Source of the DNA: an uncultured Clostridia bacterium
GTDB taxonomy: Bacteria; Bacillota; Clostridia; Christensenellales; Aristaeellaceae
Assembly (NCBI GenBank): GCA_937886445.1
Contig: CALGBY010000052.1
Coordinates: forward strand, 10,762-42,761
Reading direction: 5' to 3'
Length of the DNA stretch: 32,000 bases
Under the pieces are notes generated by a model that worked only from the letters and a program-made list of their open reading frames with translations, did not search any database and was not told the origin of the DNA. Positions 1 through 9,639 of this stretch are shown here, in pieces. The number at the start of each line of letters is the position of its first letter. Positions within the stretch are counted from its first letter, which is position 1. Made by a program: the position numbers and the translations under genes.

Positions 1-30
1 CTCCTGTTCCGAGAATATCATAATGCAAAT

Positions 31-65
31 GACAGGGCTACGCTGCAAGGCAACGCAGCCCTGTC
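31..65 (-). terminator. Putative intrinsic terminator after the sugar ABC-transporter genes
   Basis: An imperfect GC-rich hairpin, GACAGGGCT (31-39) pairing with AGCCCTGTC (57-65), lies ~45 nt downstream of the binding-protein stop at 109. The minus-strand tail ATTTGCATTA is only weakly T-rich. Confidence 0.4.
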
Positions 66-108
66 TAATGCCAATGTATTAATTAACAGAGGTAGGTATC
101 TGTGAAAC

Positions 109-1689
109 TTACTTGGCGGCGTTCATTTCGTCCATCAGAGGCTGCCACAGTCCCTTGTTGGCTTCGATGAAGTTGTTCCATTCAGCTTCGACCTGATCCA
201 GAGAGATGGTATCATCCAGAACGATGCGAACGATCTCATCATCCCAGCCGATCTGAGTGTAGGCGGTCTTGTTGTCTCCGGCCCAGCGTTCGAAAACAGT
301 CATCTGCGCACTGGTGGGCATTTTGTCCGCGGACAGCTTCTCGCCCTTGGCAGACATCTGAGCGACGGACATATCCACTGCCCAGGCAGGGATGGAGGGG
401 TTGAAGCCATAGCCGTAAGCATCCTGAGAAGAGGGGCTCAGATGATACAGCATGTTGGCGCCGGTACCGTCATTGTATTCGTAAGCGGAGATCACATAGG
501 TTCTGCCGTTCTCATCGTAATCCCAGTTAACACCCTGTTCGCCAAGACGCAGCTGCACAACGCACTCAGGCTGTGCAAGATAGTTCACGATGGCCAGAAT
601 GCGCTCGAACTTTTCGGGTTCGTTCTCCAGCTTGGGGCTGAACACCAGGGTACGCCAGAAGGATCCGCTCCACTTGGTGAAGAAGTCCGTTCCGTTGGGG
701 GCGAGAACATTGAAGGTGTCCATCGCGGGGCGCTCAGTCATTTCAGCATTCGCATCCATCAGACCGGTTCCCAGCACGTTGGCATGGGCAGGAGCACCGT
801 CATTGACAGTGATGAAGCTTCCGCCAACATAGAAAATATTGCGGGTATCCGCAGTCGCACGGCTGAAGAAATCGGGATCAAGCAGGCCTTCCTGATACCA
901 GGCCTTGAAATCCTTGATGCCTTCCACAACACCGGGCAGAGTGGCAGACAGCACATATTCGCCGTTCACGGGGATGATCTGCTTGTAGTACGGAACCTTG
1001 CTGCCGATGAACATCATAAGCATTTTGTCGGTGGTGGTGGACAGACCATACACCTTTTCGCCGGCGGCAGCCTTATCGGCAACTACCTTTTCCGCGATGG
1101 TCTTGAGATCCGCGAGGGTGATCATTTCGGGGATTTTCTCTTCCACCCAGTCAGTACGATAGTACTGAGTGACATGGTCGGTAGCCTTCTCCGCGAAGGA
1201 CAGCGGGAAGTTCGGAGAGAAGACGACACGGGGAAGAATGTACCAGGTGCCGTTTTCATCGGTGCAGTAAGCTTCCAACCCGGTAGCCTTCACTTCCTTG
1301 GCCAGAGCAGGATATCTTTCTTCCCAGCCTTCAGGCAGACCGGCCAGCATGCCCTGATCAGCATAATCCATCAAGCCTTCCAGGTCGACACCGGCAGTGA
1401 TCCATTCGGGCATATCACCGGTGGAGATCCACAGGTTGGTAATTCCGTCAAAGTCAGCAGCAGCAGAATAAGGAACGAAGGTAACGTTGAATTTTTCCTG
1501 GATCATCTTGTTGAAATAGTTGCCGCTCCAGGAATCATCGGACAGCGCGGAGCCGGTGCCGATGCTGATTTCCAGATGCTCGGCATACTCGGTCCCGGTG
1601 CTTTCCGCAGAAGCGAAAGCACACACAGAACAGAGCATGACGAGAGCGAGGAGCATAGAGATGAGTTTCCTTGTCATAGTGTTCACCAA
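109..1689 (-). CDS. Extracellular solute-binding protein of a carbohydrate ABC importer (large LplA-like family-1 SBP)
   Basis: The 526-aa ORF has an N-terminal signal sequence (MTRKLISMLLALVMLCSVCAFASA). Its ~500-aa size is typical of SBPs paired with LplB/LplC-type permeases, and it sits directly downstream of two permease genes on the same strand. The start is ambiguous: GTG at 1689 or ATG at 1677, after an AAAGGA RBS. Confidence 0.88.
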   Translation of the reverse strand: MVNTMTRKLISMLLALVMLCSVCAFASAESTGTEYAEHLEISIGTGSALSDDSWSGNYFNKMIQEKFNVTFVPYSAAADFDGITNLWISTGDMPEWITAGVDLEGLMDYADQGMLAGLPEGWEERYPALAKEVKATGLEAYCTDENGTWYILPRVVFSPNFPLSFAEKATDHVTQYYRTDWVEEKIPEMITLADLKTIAEKVVADKAAAGEKVYGLSTTTDKMLMMFIGSKVPYYKQIIPVNGEYVLSATLPGVVEGIKDFKAWYQEGLLDPDFFSRATADTRNIFYVGGSFITVNDGAPAHANVLGTGLMDANAEMTERPAMDTFNVLAPNGTDFFTKWSGSFWRTLVFSPKLENEPEKFERILAIVNYLAQPECVVQLRLGEQGVNWDYDENGRTYVISAYEYNDGTGANMLYHLSPSSQDAYGYGFNPSIPAWAVDMSVAQMSAKGEKLSADKMPTSAQMTVFERWAGDNKTAYTQIGWDDEIVRIVLDDTISLDQVEAEWNNFIEANKGLWQPLMDEMNAAK

Positions 1690-1733
1690 TCCTTTCTTAA
1701 TTTATATTCTAGCTTTAACAAAGCTGAATATAC

Positions 1734-2618
1734 TCACATTTTTATTGAGCCTACCATAACGCCCTTCACAAAATACTTCTGGAGGAAGGGATAGAAGCAC
1801 ATGATCGGCAGCATGGTCAATACGGTCGCGGCCATCTTGATACCCGTACCGAAGGATTCGGTAATGGACGCGTCACCGTACTCGGCCACATTCTGCGCCG
1901 TATTGCAGACCTGCCGCAGAATGACCGGCAGCACCTGTAATTTCGGCTCGCTCATGGTGATCATCGGCCAATACCAGTTGTTCCAAAGGCCCACGGTGAA
2001 GAACAGTGTAAATGTGGCCAGCATGGGCATTTGCAGGGGAAGATAGATCTTGAACAGCACTTTGATATCGGTCGCGCCATCGATCACAGCCGCTTCCTTA
2101 AGCGCCGGAGGCATGGATTCAAAGGAACCCTTGATAATGATCATGTAATACGTGGAAACGGCATCGACCAGGATGGTTGGCCAGTACGTATTCATGAGTC
2201 CCAGATTGCGCAGCAGGATATATTTGGGAATGACGCCGCCGCTGAAAAACATGGTAAAGATCACAAGCTTGAACAGCCACTTTTTTCCGGGGAAATTTTG
2301 AGAGAACACATAACCGGTCGCCACCGTCATGAGCAGCTGGATCGGAACACCGATCAAAACGACGATCAGGGTGTTTTTATAACCGGAAAGCAGATTGGTA
2401 AAATCGAAAATGATCTTGTAATTATCCAGAAGCAGTCTGTCCGGAATGATGATCAGCGGGTTCTTCGCAAATGCCGTACCATCGACAAATGATGCCATCA
2501 CTGCCTCATAGAACGGAAAAATAATAATCAGACACCAGAGGGTAAGGATGATGAGAAGAAAAACATCCATCTTCTCGATTTTCTGGTTTTCTTTTACCGC
2601 CGTTTCTTTCCTTTTCAT
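1734..2618 (-). CDS. Carbohydrate ABC transporter permease (LplC/AraQ-like)
   Basis: The protein is 294 aa with multiple hydrophobic TM segments and an EAA-loop motif (LKEAAVIDGATDIKVLFKIYLPL). The ATG at 2618 overlaps the upstream stop as ATGA and follows a GGAGGAAGC RBS. I therefore trimmed the ORF-track start at 2669. Confidence 0.9.
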   Translation of the reverse strand: MKRKETAVKENQKIEKMDVFLLIILTLWCLIIIFPFYEAVMASFVDGTAFAKNPLIIIPDRLLLDNYKIIFDFTNLLSGYKNTLIVVLIGVPIQLLMTVATGYVFSQNFPGKKWLFKLVIFTMFFSGGVIPKYILLRNLGLMNTYWPTILVDAVSTYYMIIIKGSFESMPPALKEAAVIDGATDIKVLFKIYLPLQMPMLATFTLFFTVGLWNNWYWPMITMSEPKLQVLPVILRQVCNTAQNVAEYGDASITESFGTGIKMAATVLTMLPIMCFYPFLQKYFVKGVMVGSIKM

Positions 2619-3514
2619 TGTTCGCTTCCTCCAAACAGCCCCGAACCGCTGATCTTCTTCGCCAGCCAATCCGAGCCTATCAGCAGGATGAAGTTGACGA
2701 CTGACTTAAACAGACCTACAGCAGTAGAGAATGAGTAATCGGGTGTTTTCTCGAAGGTGATCCGGTATACGTAGGTATCAATGATATCTGCCACATTGTA
2801 TACGGACGCATTGTATGTGGTATAGATCTGCTCGAAGTTGGCGCTCATGAAGCTGCCGATTTTCAATACGAGCATGACCACGAAAATTTCTTTCAGGTGA
2901 GGTAATGTCACATAGCGGATGCGCTGCATACGGGAGGCACCGTCAAGGGTCGCCGCTTCATACAGGGCGGGATCAATACCGGTTATGACAGCCATATACA
3001 TGATAGCGCTCCAGCCCGCGCCCTTCCAGATCGAAGACAGATACAGAAACGCCCTGTACAGCCCGCCGTCGGTAAAAAACTTGATTCGTTTTCCACCGAG
3101 ATTCATGACCATCGTATTGATGACACCATCACCGTTGAGCAGATTTCCGAAGATAGCGGCAAGAACGATCCATGTAAGGAAATGCGGCAGCGTCAGTACG
3201 GTCTGATAGACCTTCGCGGTACGGCTGAAACGCATTTCCGTCAGCATGACAGCCAAGATCACCGGAACAGGGAATTCCACAATAAGGCGCGTAAGACTGA
3301 TAACAAGCGTATTCTTCAGTGCCGTCAGGAACTGAGGCGTATTGAACAGGCGCTGGAAATGCTGAGAGCCGACCCAGGGGCTTTCGAACAGACCTTTATT
3401 GAAACGGTATTTTTCAAATGCCATTGCGATGCCGGCCATCGGGATATATTGGAAAATGATATACCATGCCAAAGGAAGAAGCAGAAGGAGATACAGATAA
3501 CGCGCGTTCCACAT
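2615..3514 (-). CDS. Carbohydrate ABC transporter permease (LplB-like)
   Basis: The EAA loop reads YEAATLDGASRMQRIRYVTLPHL and there are about 6 TM segments. The ORF-track start at 3679 is a TTG with a non-hydrophobic 55-aa leader. The ATG at 3514 (MWNARYLYLLLLLPLAWYIIFQYIPMAG) follows a GAGGA RBS 5 nt upstream and gives the usual ~300-aa length. Confidence 0.85.
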   Translation of the reverse strand: MWNARYLYLLLLLPLAWYIIFQYIPMAGIAMAFEKYRFNKGLFESPWVGSQHFQRLFNTPQFLTALKNTLVISLTRLIVEFPVPVILAVMLTEMRFSRTAKVYQTVLTLPHFLTWIVLAAIFGNLLNGDGVINTMVMNLGGKRIKFFTDGGLYRAFLYLSSIWKGAGWSAIMYMAVITGIDPALYEAATLDGASRMQRIRYVTLPHLKEIFVVMLVLKIGSFMSANFEQIYTTYNASVYNVADIIDTYVYRITFEKTPDYSFSTAVGLFKSVVNFILLIGSDWLAKKISGSGLFGGSEQ

Positions 3515-3760
3515 TCTGATCCTCAGCGGCACTTTTCTGGTTTCTGTTGATGACTTTGCTTTCACAGGATAGCCTCCTATACTTGATTCGGTTGAGGTTG
3601 ACCGATTCTGCGCATGATCGCTTTTTGAACTGTTGTTCACTGCACTGATAACTTTATTGAATGACGGGATTTCCGTCAATCATAAAAAAGCAGAAACCAC
3701 AGCAAGCCGCGGAAATAGTACTTTTGTTAACGAATCACAGCCCATCGCACAAAAGTGGTA

Positions 3761-3788
3761 TTGATTTTCTGCGTTGGTTTCCTATAAA
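3761..3788 (+). promoter_or_regulatory. Candidate sigma-A promoter for the AraC-type regulator gene
   Basis: TTGATT (3761-3766), a 16-nt spacer, then TATAAA (3783-3788), about 50 nt upstream of the ATG at 3838. It lies in the 323-bp divergent intergenic region. Confidence 0.35.
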
Positions 3789-3837
3789 ATAAAGAGTAAA
3801 TGAGGATATTATTTTCGACTCTGAAAGGAGCTCCTTT

Positions 3838-5955
3838 ATGCATATTGAGGATCGCGCAAAAGCATACCCCAAAAAATATTTCATTAAGTATAGATTTCTG
3901 ATCCAGATGATTTCCATTGGTCTTTTGATCCTTTGCCTTACTTCTATACTTTCTACATTGATCATTACCAACAGAAGCTATAATCAGCTGCAGATAACAA
4001 CAGAAGAAAATGTCCGGGCGCTTGCCAAATCCATTGACGAAACACTGACGGACTATGTGCACCTGTTTGAAGAGATCAGCCGAAAATGCATTGAAACCAC
4101 CTATACCTATGAATCGGTCATCAGTTCATATTTCACATCAGACACCGATACCAGATCGAGCAAAGCTTCTGCGATCGATATGCTGAACAGCTATGCTGTA
4201 AGTATGCCTCTTCTTAGTCACATCAGCGTTTACTACCATGCCAGCAACAAATTCCTTTACGCGAGCTATACTGAAAATAACCGCTTCGGCGATTACTACG
4301 GGACGATTCCCGCGTCCGTATACTGCCGTCTGTATCTCCCGGAGCTCGACCGGGCAGTATTCGTTCAGGAACTGGATTCCTTCTCAAAAGGCAGATTCTA
4401 CACAACTCCCGACCTGCTGGCGTCTCATAAAACAGTTTATATAACGCCCATTTATATCCATGCAAATTCTCAGAATCGCCGCGCTGCCGTATTTATGATC
4501 GATCAGCAAAGCATCGACAAGGCGTTTCACGGGATCCTCGGCAGCATGTATGAAATCGACAGCATATCGTATAAAGGAGAATGCATCTATAACGCGAATT
4601 CCGATGAAACCACACACTGCTTCACATATGACAATCCGGACGGATTCTGCGTTACTCTCAGAATGCCTGAAATTACATATTCCGGGCTGTTCTCCGGATA
4701 CCTGAAGGCGGTAACCCGTTTCGGCATCGTCTCTGTGATCCTCTGCGCCGGTCTGATCACGTTTTATATCCTTTTTACCTATAAACCGCTGAATCGGCTC
4801 GTAAGCAAGACCGGAACCGACGAAAACTCAGATGAAATATCCAGCATTACAAAATACATCATGCGTAAGGAAACACTTGAGAACGAACTGAGAGCAGAAC
4901 TGGGCAGCGAAAAAGAGCAGATCAGGATCCATAACATAGAAATGCTCCTGCTGGGTATACCTGCCGAGCAGACCGACTACCCGAATGATAACGATCCGTA
5001 TCATTTTGTTGCCATCTCTCCCCTTTCACGCTTTCCCGATATCAATGAAACTATCCAGGTTCTGAATTCTACCGGTCATATCCTGCCTTATGAGCAGTTC
5101 CGTTCAGGTCTGCTGGTCATGATCGTCGGCTCTGCGGATATGGACAACATGGCAGAAGATTTCAGGGATTGGTTCAGCAAGCACTTCGGAGACAAAATCG
5201 AACTGACCATCGGAAGCATCTGCACAAATACCAAATACCTGCATCGTTCCTTCCTGGACGCATTGCTTAACAAGAGCAAGAACTCGGAACCGTCCGCTTC
5301 AAATCAGGATAAGGGAAGTGTGGCCGAACCGGATGACATCGAGCTCTTCCGTGCTCAGATCATTGCCAATGATGTTTCCTGTATCGATACAGTCTCCCGC
5401 ATCTTCAAAAAACTGGACCATATTTCCCCTTCGTTCCTGTATTATTGGCATATTTACTGCAACACGATCGAGCAGCTTGGCGGTATCCTTCGCCAATACG
5501 GATATTCCATCAATATTTCCGATTACCTGAAATGCATGACAGAAGAGGAGATCAATGCCGCCCGTACCCGTTTTGTTGAGGAATTGATTAACATCATCAG
5601 GAGCGGTCCTGTTGCAAATACAACAGCAGAACAGGAATGCGGGGAATCGATCATCCAGTATATCAATGATAACCTGAGTAACGAAATGTTCGGCATAGCC
5701 GATATCATCGATTGCTTCAACTTGTCGGAATACACGATCACAAAACTGATCCGAGATCAGACAAACATGAATTTCAAACGCTATCTGACTCACGTCCGGC
5801 TGGAACAGGCCAAGCAATTGCTGGGTTTTTCACAGGACAGTATTCAGGATATCGCGTCTCAATGCGGCTTTTCATCATCCAGTTATTTCATCCGCGTGTT
5901 TAAAGCCGAAACGAATGTCACGCCTCTGCAGTACCGGATCTCCCTCCAGGACTGA
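3838..5955 (+). CDS. Membrane-anchored AraC/XylS-family transcriptional regulator with an extracytoplasmic sensor-like domain
   Basis: The C-terminal AraC double-HTH reads FKRYLTHVRLEQAKQLLGFSQDSIQDIASQCGFSSSSYFIRVFKAETNVTPLQYR. Two predicted TM helices (FLIQMISIGLLILCLTSILSTLII near nt 3895-3966; FGIVSVILCAGLITFYILF near nt 4711-4770) bracket a loop of ~245 aa. An AAAGGAG RBS lies 8 nt upstream of the ATG. Confidence 0.85.
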   Translation: MHIEDRAKAYPKKYFIKYRFLIQMISIGLLILCLTSILSTLIITNRSYNQLQITTEENVRALAKSIDETLTDYVHLFEEISRKCIETTYTYESVISSYFTSDTDTRSSKASAIDMLNSYAVSMPLLSHISVYYHASNKFLYASYTENNRFGDYYGTIPASVYCRLYLPELDRAVFVQELDSFSKGRFYTTPDLLASHKTVYITPIYIHANSQNRRAAVFMIDQQSIDKAFHGILGSMYEIDSISYKGECIYNANSDETTHCFTYDNPDGFCVTLRMPEITYSGLFSGYLKAVTRFGIVSVILCAGLITFYILFTYKPLNRLVSKTGTDENSDEISSITKYIMRKETLENELRAELGSEKEQIRIHNIEMLLLGIPAEQTDYPNDNDPYHFVAISPLSRFPDINETIQVLNSTGHILPYEQFRSGLLVMIVGSADMDNMAEDFRDWFSKHFGDKIELTIGSICTNTKYLHRSFLDALLNKSKNSEPSASNQDKGSVAEPDDIELFRAQIIANDVSCIDTVSRIFKKLDHISPSFLYYWHIYCNTIEQLGGILRQYGYSINISDYLKCMTEEEINAARTRFVEELINIIRSGPVANTTAEQECGESIIQYINDNLSNEMFGIADIIDCFNLSEYTITKLIRDQTNMNFKRYLTHVRLEQAKQLLGFSQDSIQDIASQCGFSSSSYFIRVFKAETNVTPLQYRISLQD

Positions 5956-6002
5956 TGTAAGCATCATTTCGGAACAACAAAACCGCTTAAGGAGAATACA
6001 TC

Positions 6003-7154
6003 ATGGAAAAAAAGTGGATATCTGTTTGGGGGAACGCGTTATCCAGGCCGATTGAAAACCCGGAGCGCTATGCAAAGGATCTGACTCTGCGCTATGTGAT
6101 CACCCCGACTCTGAACGGAGAAAAGGTCCGGCTTACGTTTTCAAACTTTGAGGGATATGAAGGCGTGACCATCAGTACCGTTACGATAGCAAAAACAGAG
6201 CTTATCCTTAACAGAAACGTGTGCAGGGACACCATTCGGAATGTGACCTTCGGGGGGAAGCATGAGCTTTATCTGGCGCCCGGTGAGATCAGGAGAAGTG
6301 ACGCGCTGGATTTTTCCGTGCTCCGCGGAGAACAGATCTCTGTCAGTTTCTATTTGAACGGATATACCGATATGGGTTCCGGTGTTGCTACTTCAGGCCC
6401 GCTTTCGATCGGATATTTCGCACGGGGCAGATACTCCGACAAAGCAAGTCTTCCGCCGGAGATCAGTAAACCGACTGCCACCTTTTATTTTTTGAACACA
6501 GTCGATATTCTGGCTGATGCCGAAAACAAAGCCATCATGGTCTTTGGGGATTCCATTACCCAGCAGTCCTGGCCGGAGCATCTGACAAAAAGAATGCTTC
6601 GGGACGATATTCAGCACTTGTCAATCGTTCGCCGGGCGATCGGCGGCAACCGTGTATTAAGGGAATATACCCATTTGGAAAATGTTCACTACGGCCGGCG
6701 TGGTACTGACCGTTTTCAGCGTGATTTGGAATTAACGGAAGGAGTCAGCGGTATCATCGTGCTCCATGGGATCAACGATCTGATTCATCCGGAAGCCGGC
6801 CATCTTTTCCGTTCACCTTCCGACCTTCCGGCAGCAGAAGAACTGATCAACGGTTTACGAGAGTATATCAGGATCGCCAAAGAGCACGGCCTGTGGATCA
6901 AATTTGGCACGATCACTCCATTTGGCAACTGGCATACATATTCCGATGAAAAGGAAAAACTCCGTCAGAGCATCAACGAATGGATCCGTAACAATACGGA
7001 AGCAGACGGCTATATCGATTTTGCCGGATTGATTGCGAATCCGGTAGATCAAAAAAGTGTGGATCCTTTATATTGCCAGGCGGACGGCCTGCATCCATCC
7101 CCGGCGGGGGCAGAGCACATGGCTGAATCTGTTCCGGCAGATTGGCTGAATTGA
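6003..7154 (+). CDS. SGNH/GDSL-family hydrolase (probable carbohydrate esterase), cytoplasmic
   Basis: The SGNH blocks are present: block I VFGDSITQQ, block II GGNRV, block III HGINDL and block V DGLHPS. About 170 aa of non-catalytic N-terminal domain precede them and there is no signal peptide. The RBS is AAGGAG. Confidence 0.85.
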   Translation: MEKKWISVWGNALSRPIENPERYAKDLTLRYVITPTLNGEKVRLTFSNFEGYEGVTISTVTIAKTELILNRNVCRDTIRNVTFGGKHELYLAPGEIRRSDALDFSVLRGEQISVSFYLNGYTDMGSGVATSGPLSIGYFARGRYSDKASLPPEISKPTATFYFLNTVDILADAENKAIMVFGDSITQQSWPEHLTKRMLRDDIQHLSIVRRAIGGNRVLREYTHLENVHYGRRGTDRFQRDLELTEGVSGIIVLHGINDLIHPEAGHLFRSPSDLPAAEELINGLREYIRIAKEHGLWIKFGTITPFGNWHTYSDEKEKLRQSINEWIRNNTEADGYIDFAGLIANPVDQKSVDPLYCQADGLHPSPAGAEHMAESVPADWLN

Positions 7155-7230
7155 CCCGTTCTGTTTTTACACTCGGGCTATTCATTTTTGAGATCGCATC
7201 TATATCAATGTTGTCGTGGAGGATATTACC

Positions 7231-9639
7231 ATGGAGAAGTGGACAAGAATTCTTTATCAACCGGGTACGCCCCTTGGAGTAAACGGTTTGCGTGCAACTG
7301 CCTGCGCGGAGCACATCCGGCTTTCAAAAAACGCGGCAGAAGAAGGCATGGTTCTGCTGAAGAATGAGGGCCGGCTTCTTCCGCTTTCAAAAGGCAGTAA
7401 GGTTGCACTTTTCGGCAAGGGTACCTTTGACTATGTCAAGGGTGGCGGCGGAAGCGGCGATGTAACTGTATCCTATATCACCAATCTGTTTGATGGTTTT
7501 GCTAAGCTGGGAAATGATGTCATCATAGAAACAGGTACCGCGAATTATTACAGAGAGTATGTCCGGAGAAAATATACGGAAGGCGCTCAACCCGGCCTTT
7601 TTGAGGAGCCTGTCCTTCCGGATGAATTAGTCCGTTCTGCCCGCAGCTTCACAGATACGGCAATCATTTCCATCAGCCGTTTTTCAGGGGAAGACTGGGA
7701 CCGTTCGATCACCGGTCAGAAAATTTCTGAAGATCGCGGGCTGGCATACAAAAGCGGAAAGCTGTTTGAACGCGGTGATTTTTATCTTTCTGACGCTGAA
7801 ACGGCCATGGTTCAAAAGGTTCTGTCCTGTTTCCCGCACGTAGCCGTCGTCCTGAATGTCGGCGGCATGGTGGATACAGAATGGTTCCGGAACGATCCCC
7901 GTATTCAGGCCGTTCTGATGGCATGGCAGGGCGGTATGGAGGGCGGGCTTGCAGCCGCCGAACTGCTATGCGGAGTCAAATCTCCCTGCGGAAAATTGAG
8001 CGATACATTTGCCAAAGACCTCACGGATTATCCCGGCACATCCGGATTTCATGCATCGGACGATTTTGTCGAGTACACAGAGGACATCTATGTCGGATAC
8101 CGGTATTTTGAAACCATCCCCGGGAAGGACAAACGGGTCAACTATCCCTTCGGCTTCGGCCTGTCATATACATCATTCAACTGGACATTGCTGTCTGCTG
8201 TTGAAGAAAACGGAGAGATCAAAATCTCGGTCAGTGTGACCAATACAGGTGATATGACCGGCAAGGAAGTGATGCAGGTCTACTGCTCCGCTCCGCAGGG
8301 AGTTCTCGGGAAGCCGGCTAAAGTGCTCGCAGCCTATAAAAAGACCCGTTGTCTGCAAAGCGGAGAAACACAGATACTCAGTCTCTCCTTCCCTGTAAGC
8401 AGCCTGGCCAGCTATGATGATCTGGGCAAAATCGCGAAATCCTGTTATCTTCTGGAAACAGGCACTTATCATTTCTTTGTCGGAACCTCAGTGCGTGACA
8501 CGAAACAGATCGATTTTGTCTATACAGTCACCGAAAACACCGTGACAGAACGCCTGTCGCCTCGCATGGTTCCGGACCGTCTTGACAAACGTATGAAAGC
8601 GGACGGGTCTTTTGAAGAATTGCCTCATTCAGCTCCTGCCAGGGCAACTGATCCTTCTTTCAAAGCCCCGGAGGCTCATACCGCCAGTATCGGTGAAATG
8701 CCGGCCGTCCGTGCAGTAAGCCGTATCTCGGGAGACAGCAGCCTCCGCAGGGAAATGTTGAACTTCAACAATGTTGCAAACGGCACAATGAGCCTGGATG
8801 ATTTTGTCGACCGTCTTTCTGATGATGAAGTCGCGCACTTACTGGGGGGACAGCCAAATACCGGCGTAGCCAATACATGGGGATTCGGCAATCTGCCTCA
8901 GTATCATATTCCCTGCGCGATGACCGCGGATGGTCCTGCGGGTTTGCGGATCGAGCGAAAGTGCGGTGTTTATACAACTGCATTCCCGTGCGCTACCTGC
9001 CTTTCATGCACATGGGATCCTGAGATCACCTATGCGGTCGGAGCAGCAGGGGCACTGGAAGTAAAAGAAAACAATATTGCAATGTGGCTTACACCCGCTG
9101 TCAATATTCATCGCAGTCCCCTCTGCGGAAGAAACTTTGAATACTATTCAGAAGATCCGTATCTGGCAGGCACAATGGCCGCCGGGATGGTGAAAGGTAT
9201 ACAATCACAGCATATCTCAGCTTCGGTAAAGCATTTTGCCCTCAATAACAAGGAAACAAACCGCAGAAACAGCGATTCCCGTGCCTCAGAGCGCGCAATA
9301 AGAGAAATTTATCTGAAAGCCTTTGAGATCATTGTCAAAACCGCGCACCCCTGGTGCATCATGTCCTCTTATAACATGATCAATGGTCATCGTTCATCCG
9401 AAAACGCTGATCTGCTAACAGGCATCCTGCGCGGTGAATGGGAATATGACGGAGTTGTAACGACGGACTGGTGGACCTATGGAGAGCATTACAAAGAAGT
9501 AAAAGCCGGCAACGACCTGAAGATGGCAACCGGATACCCCGAGGATCTGATGGAGGCGCTCTCAAAGGGCTTATTGACCCGGAACGAAATGAATATCTGC
9601 GTCAAACGCGTACTCAAAGCATTGCTTCGTTTTGATTAA
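7231..9639 (+). CDS. Glycoside hydrolase family 3 (beta-glucosidase/beta-xylosidase-like) with permuted domain order
   Basis: The N-terminus carries motifs normally found in the GH3 C-terminal domain (LLKNEGRLLPLSKGSKVALFG) followed by an Fn3-like GFGLSYTSF. The C-terminus carries the catalytic barrel motifs KHFALNNKE, SSYNMING and the nucleophile motif GVVTTDWW (Asp codon 9466-9468). The ATG at 7231 has GGAGGA 7 nt upstream and is preferred over the GTG at 7216. Confidence 0.9.
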   Translation: MEKWTRILYQPGTPLGVNGLRATACAEHIRLSKNAAEEGMVLLKNEGRLLPLSKGSKVALFGKGTFDYVKGGGGSGDVTVSYITNLFDGFAKLGNDVIIETGTANYYREYVRRKYTEGAQPGLFEEPVLPDELVRSARSFTDTAIISISRFSGEDWDRSITGQKISEDRGLAYKSGKLFERGDFYLSDAETAMVQKVLSCFPHVAVVLNVGGMVDTEWFRNDPRIQAVLMAWQGGMEGGLAAAELLCGVKSPCGKLSDTFAKDLTDYPGTSGFHASDDFVEYTEDIYVGYRYFETIPGKDKRVNYPFGFGLSYTSFNWTLLSAVEENGEIKISVSVTNTGDMTGKEVMQVYCSAPQGVLGKPAKVLAAYKKTRCLQSGETQILSLSFPVSSLASYDDLGKIAKSCYLLETGTYHFFVGTSVRDTKQIDFVYTVTENTVTERLSPRMVPDRLDKRMKADGSFEELPHSAPARATDPSFKAPEAHTASIGEMPAVRAVSRISGDSSLRREMLNFNNVANGTMSLDDFVDRLSDDEVAHLLGGQPNTGVANTWGFGNLPQYHIPCAMTADGPAGLRIERKCGVYTTAFPCATCLSCTWDPEITYAVGAAGALEVKENNIAMWLTPAVNIHRSPLCGRNFEYYSEDPYLAGTMAAGMVKGIQSQHISASVKHFALNNKETNRRNSDSRASERAIREIYLKAFEIIVKTAHPWCIMSSYNMINGHRSSENADLLTGILRGEWEYDGVVTTDWWTYGEHYKEVKAGNDLKMATGYPEDLMEALSKGLLTRNEMNICVKRVLKALLRFD

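Noticed and set aside
442-1794. A 450-aa plus-strand ORF overlapping the solute-binding-protein gene.
   Set aside because: It is antisense to a well-supported SBP gene and has no RBS. Its composition (rich in Gly, His, Arg and Val) is typical of a shadow frame.
3725-3739. A cre-like sequence, TGTTAACGAATCACA, in the divergent sugar-locus promoter region.
   Set aside because: It has the central CG but is one nucleotide too long. It also mismatches several conserved positions of the CcpA cre consensus TGWAANCGNTNWCA.
3727-4062. Minus-strand ORFs of 111 aa and 78 aa spanning the divergent promoter region and the start of the AraC gene.
   Set aside because: They overlap the well-supported AraC start and the AT-rich promoter DNA. 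They have no RBS and an implausible composition.
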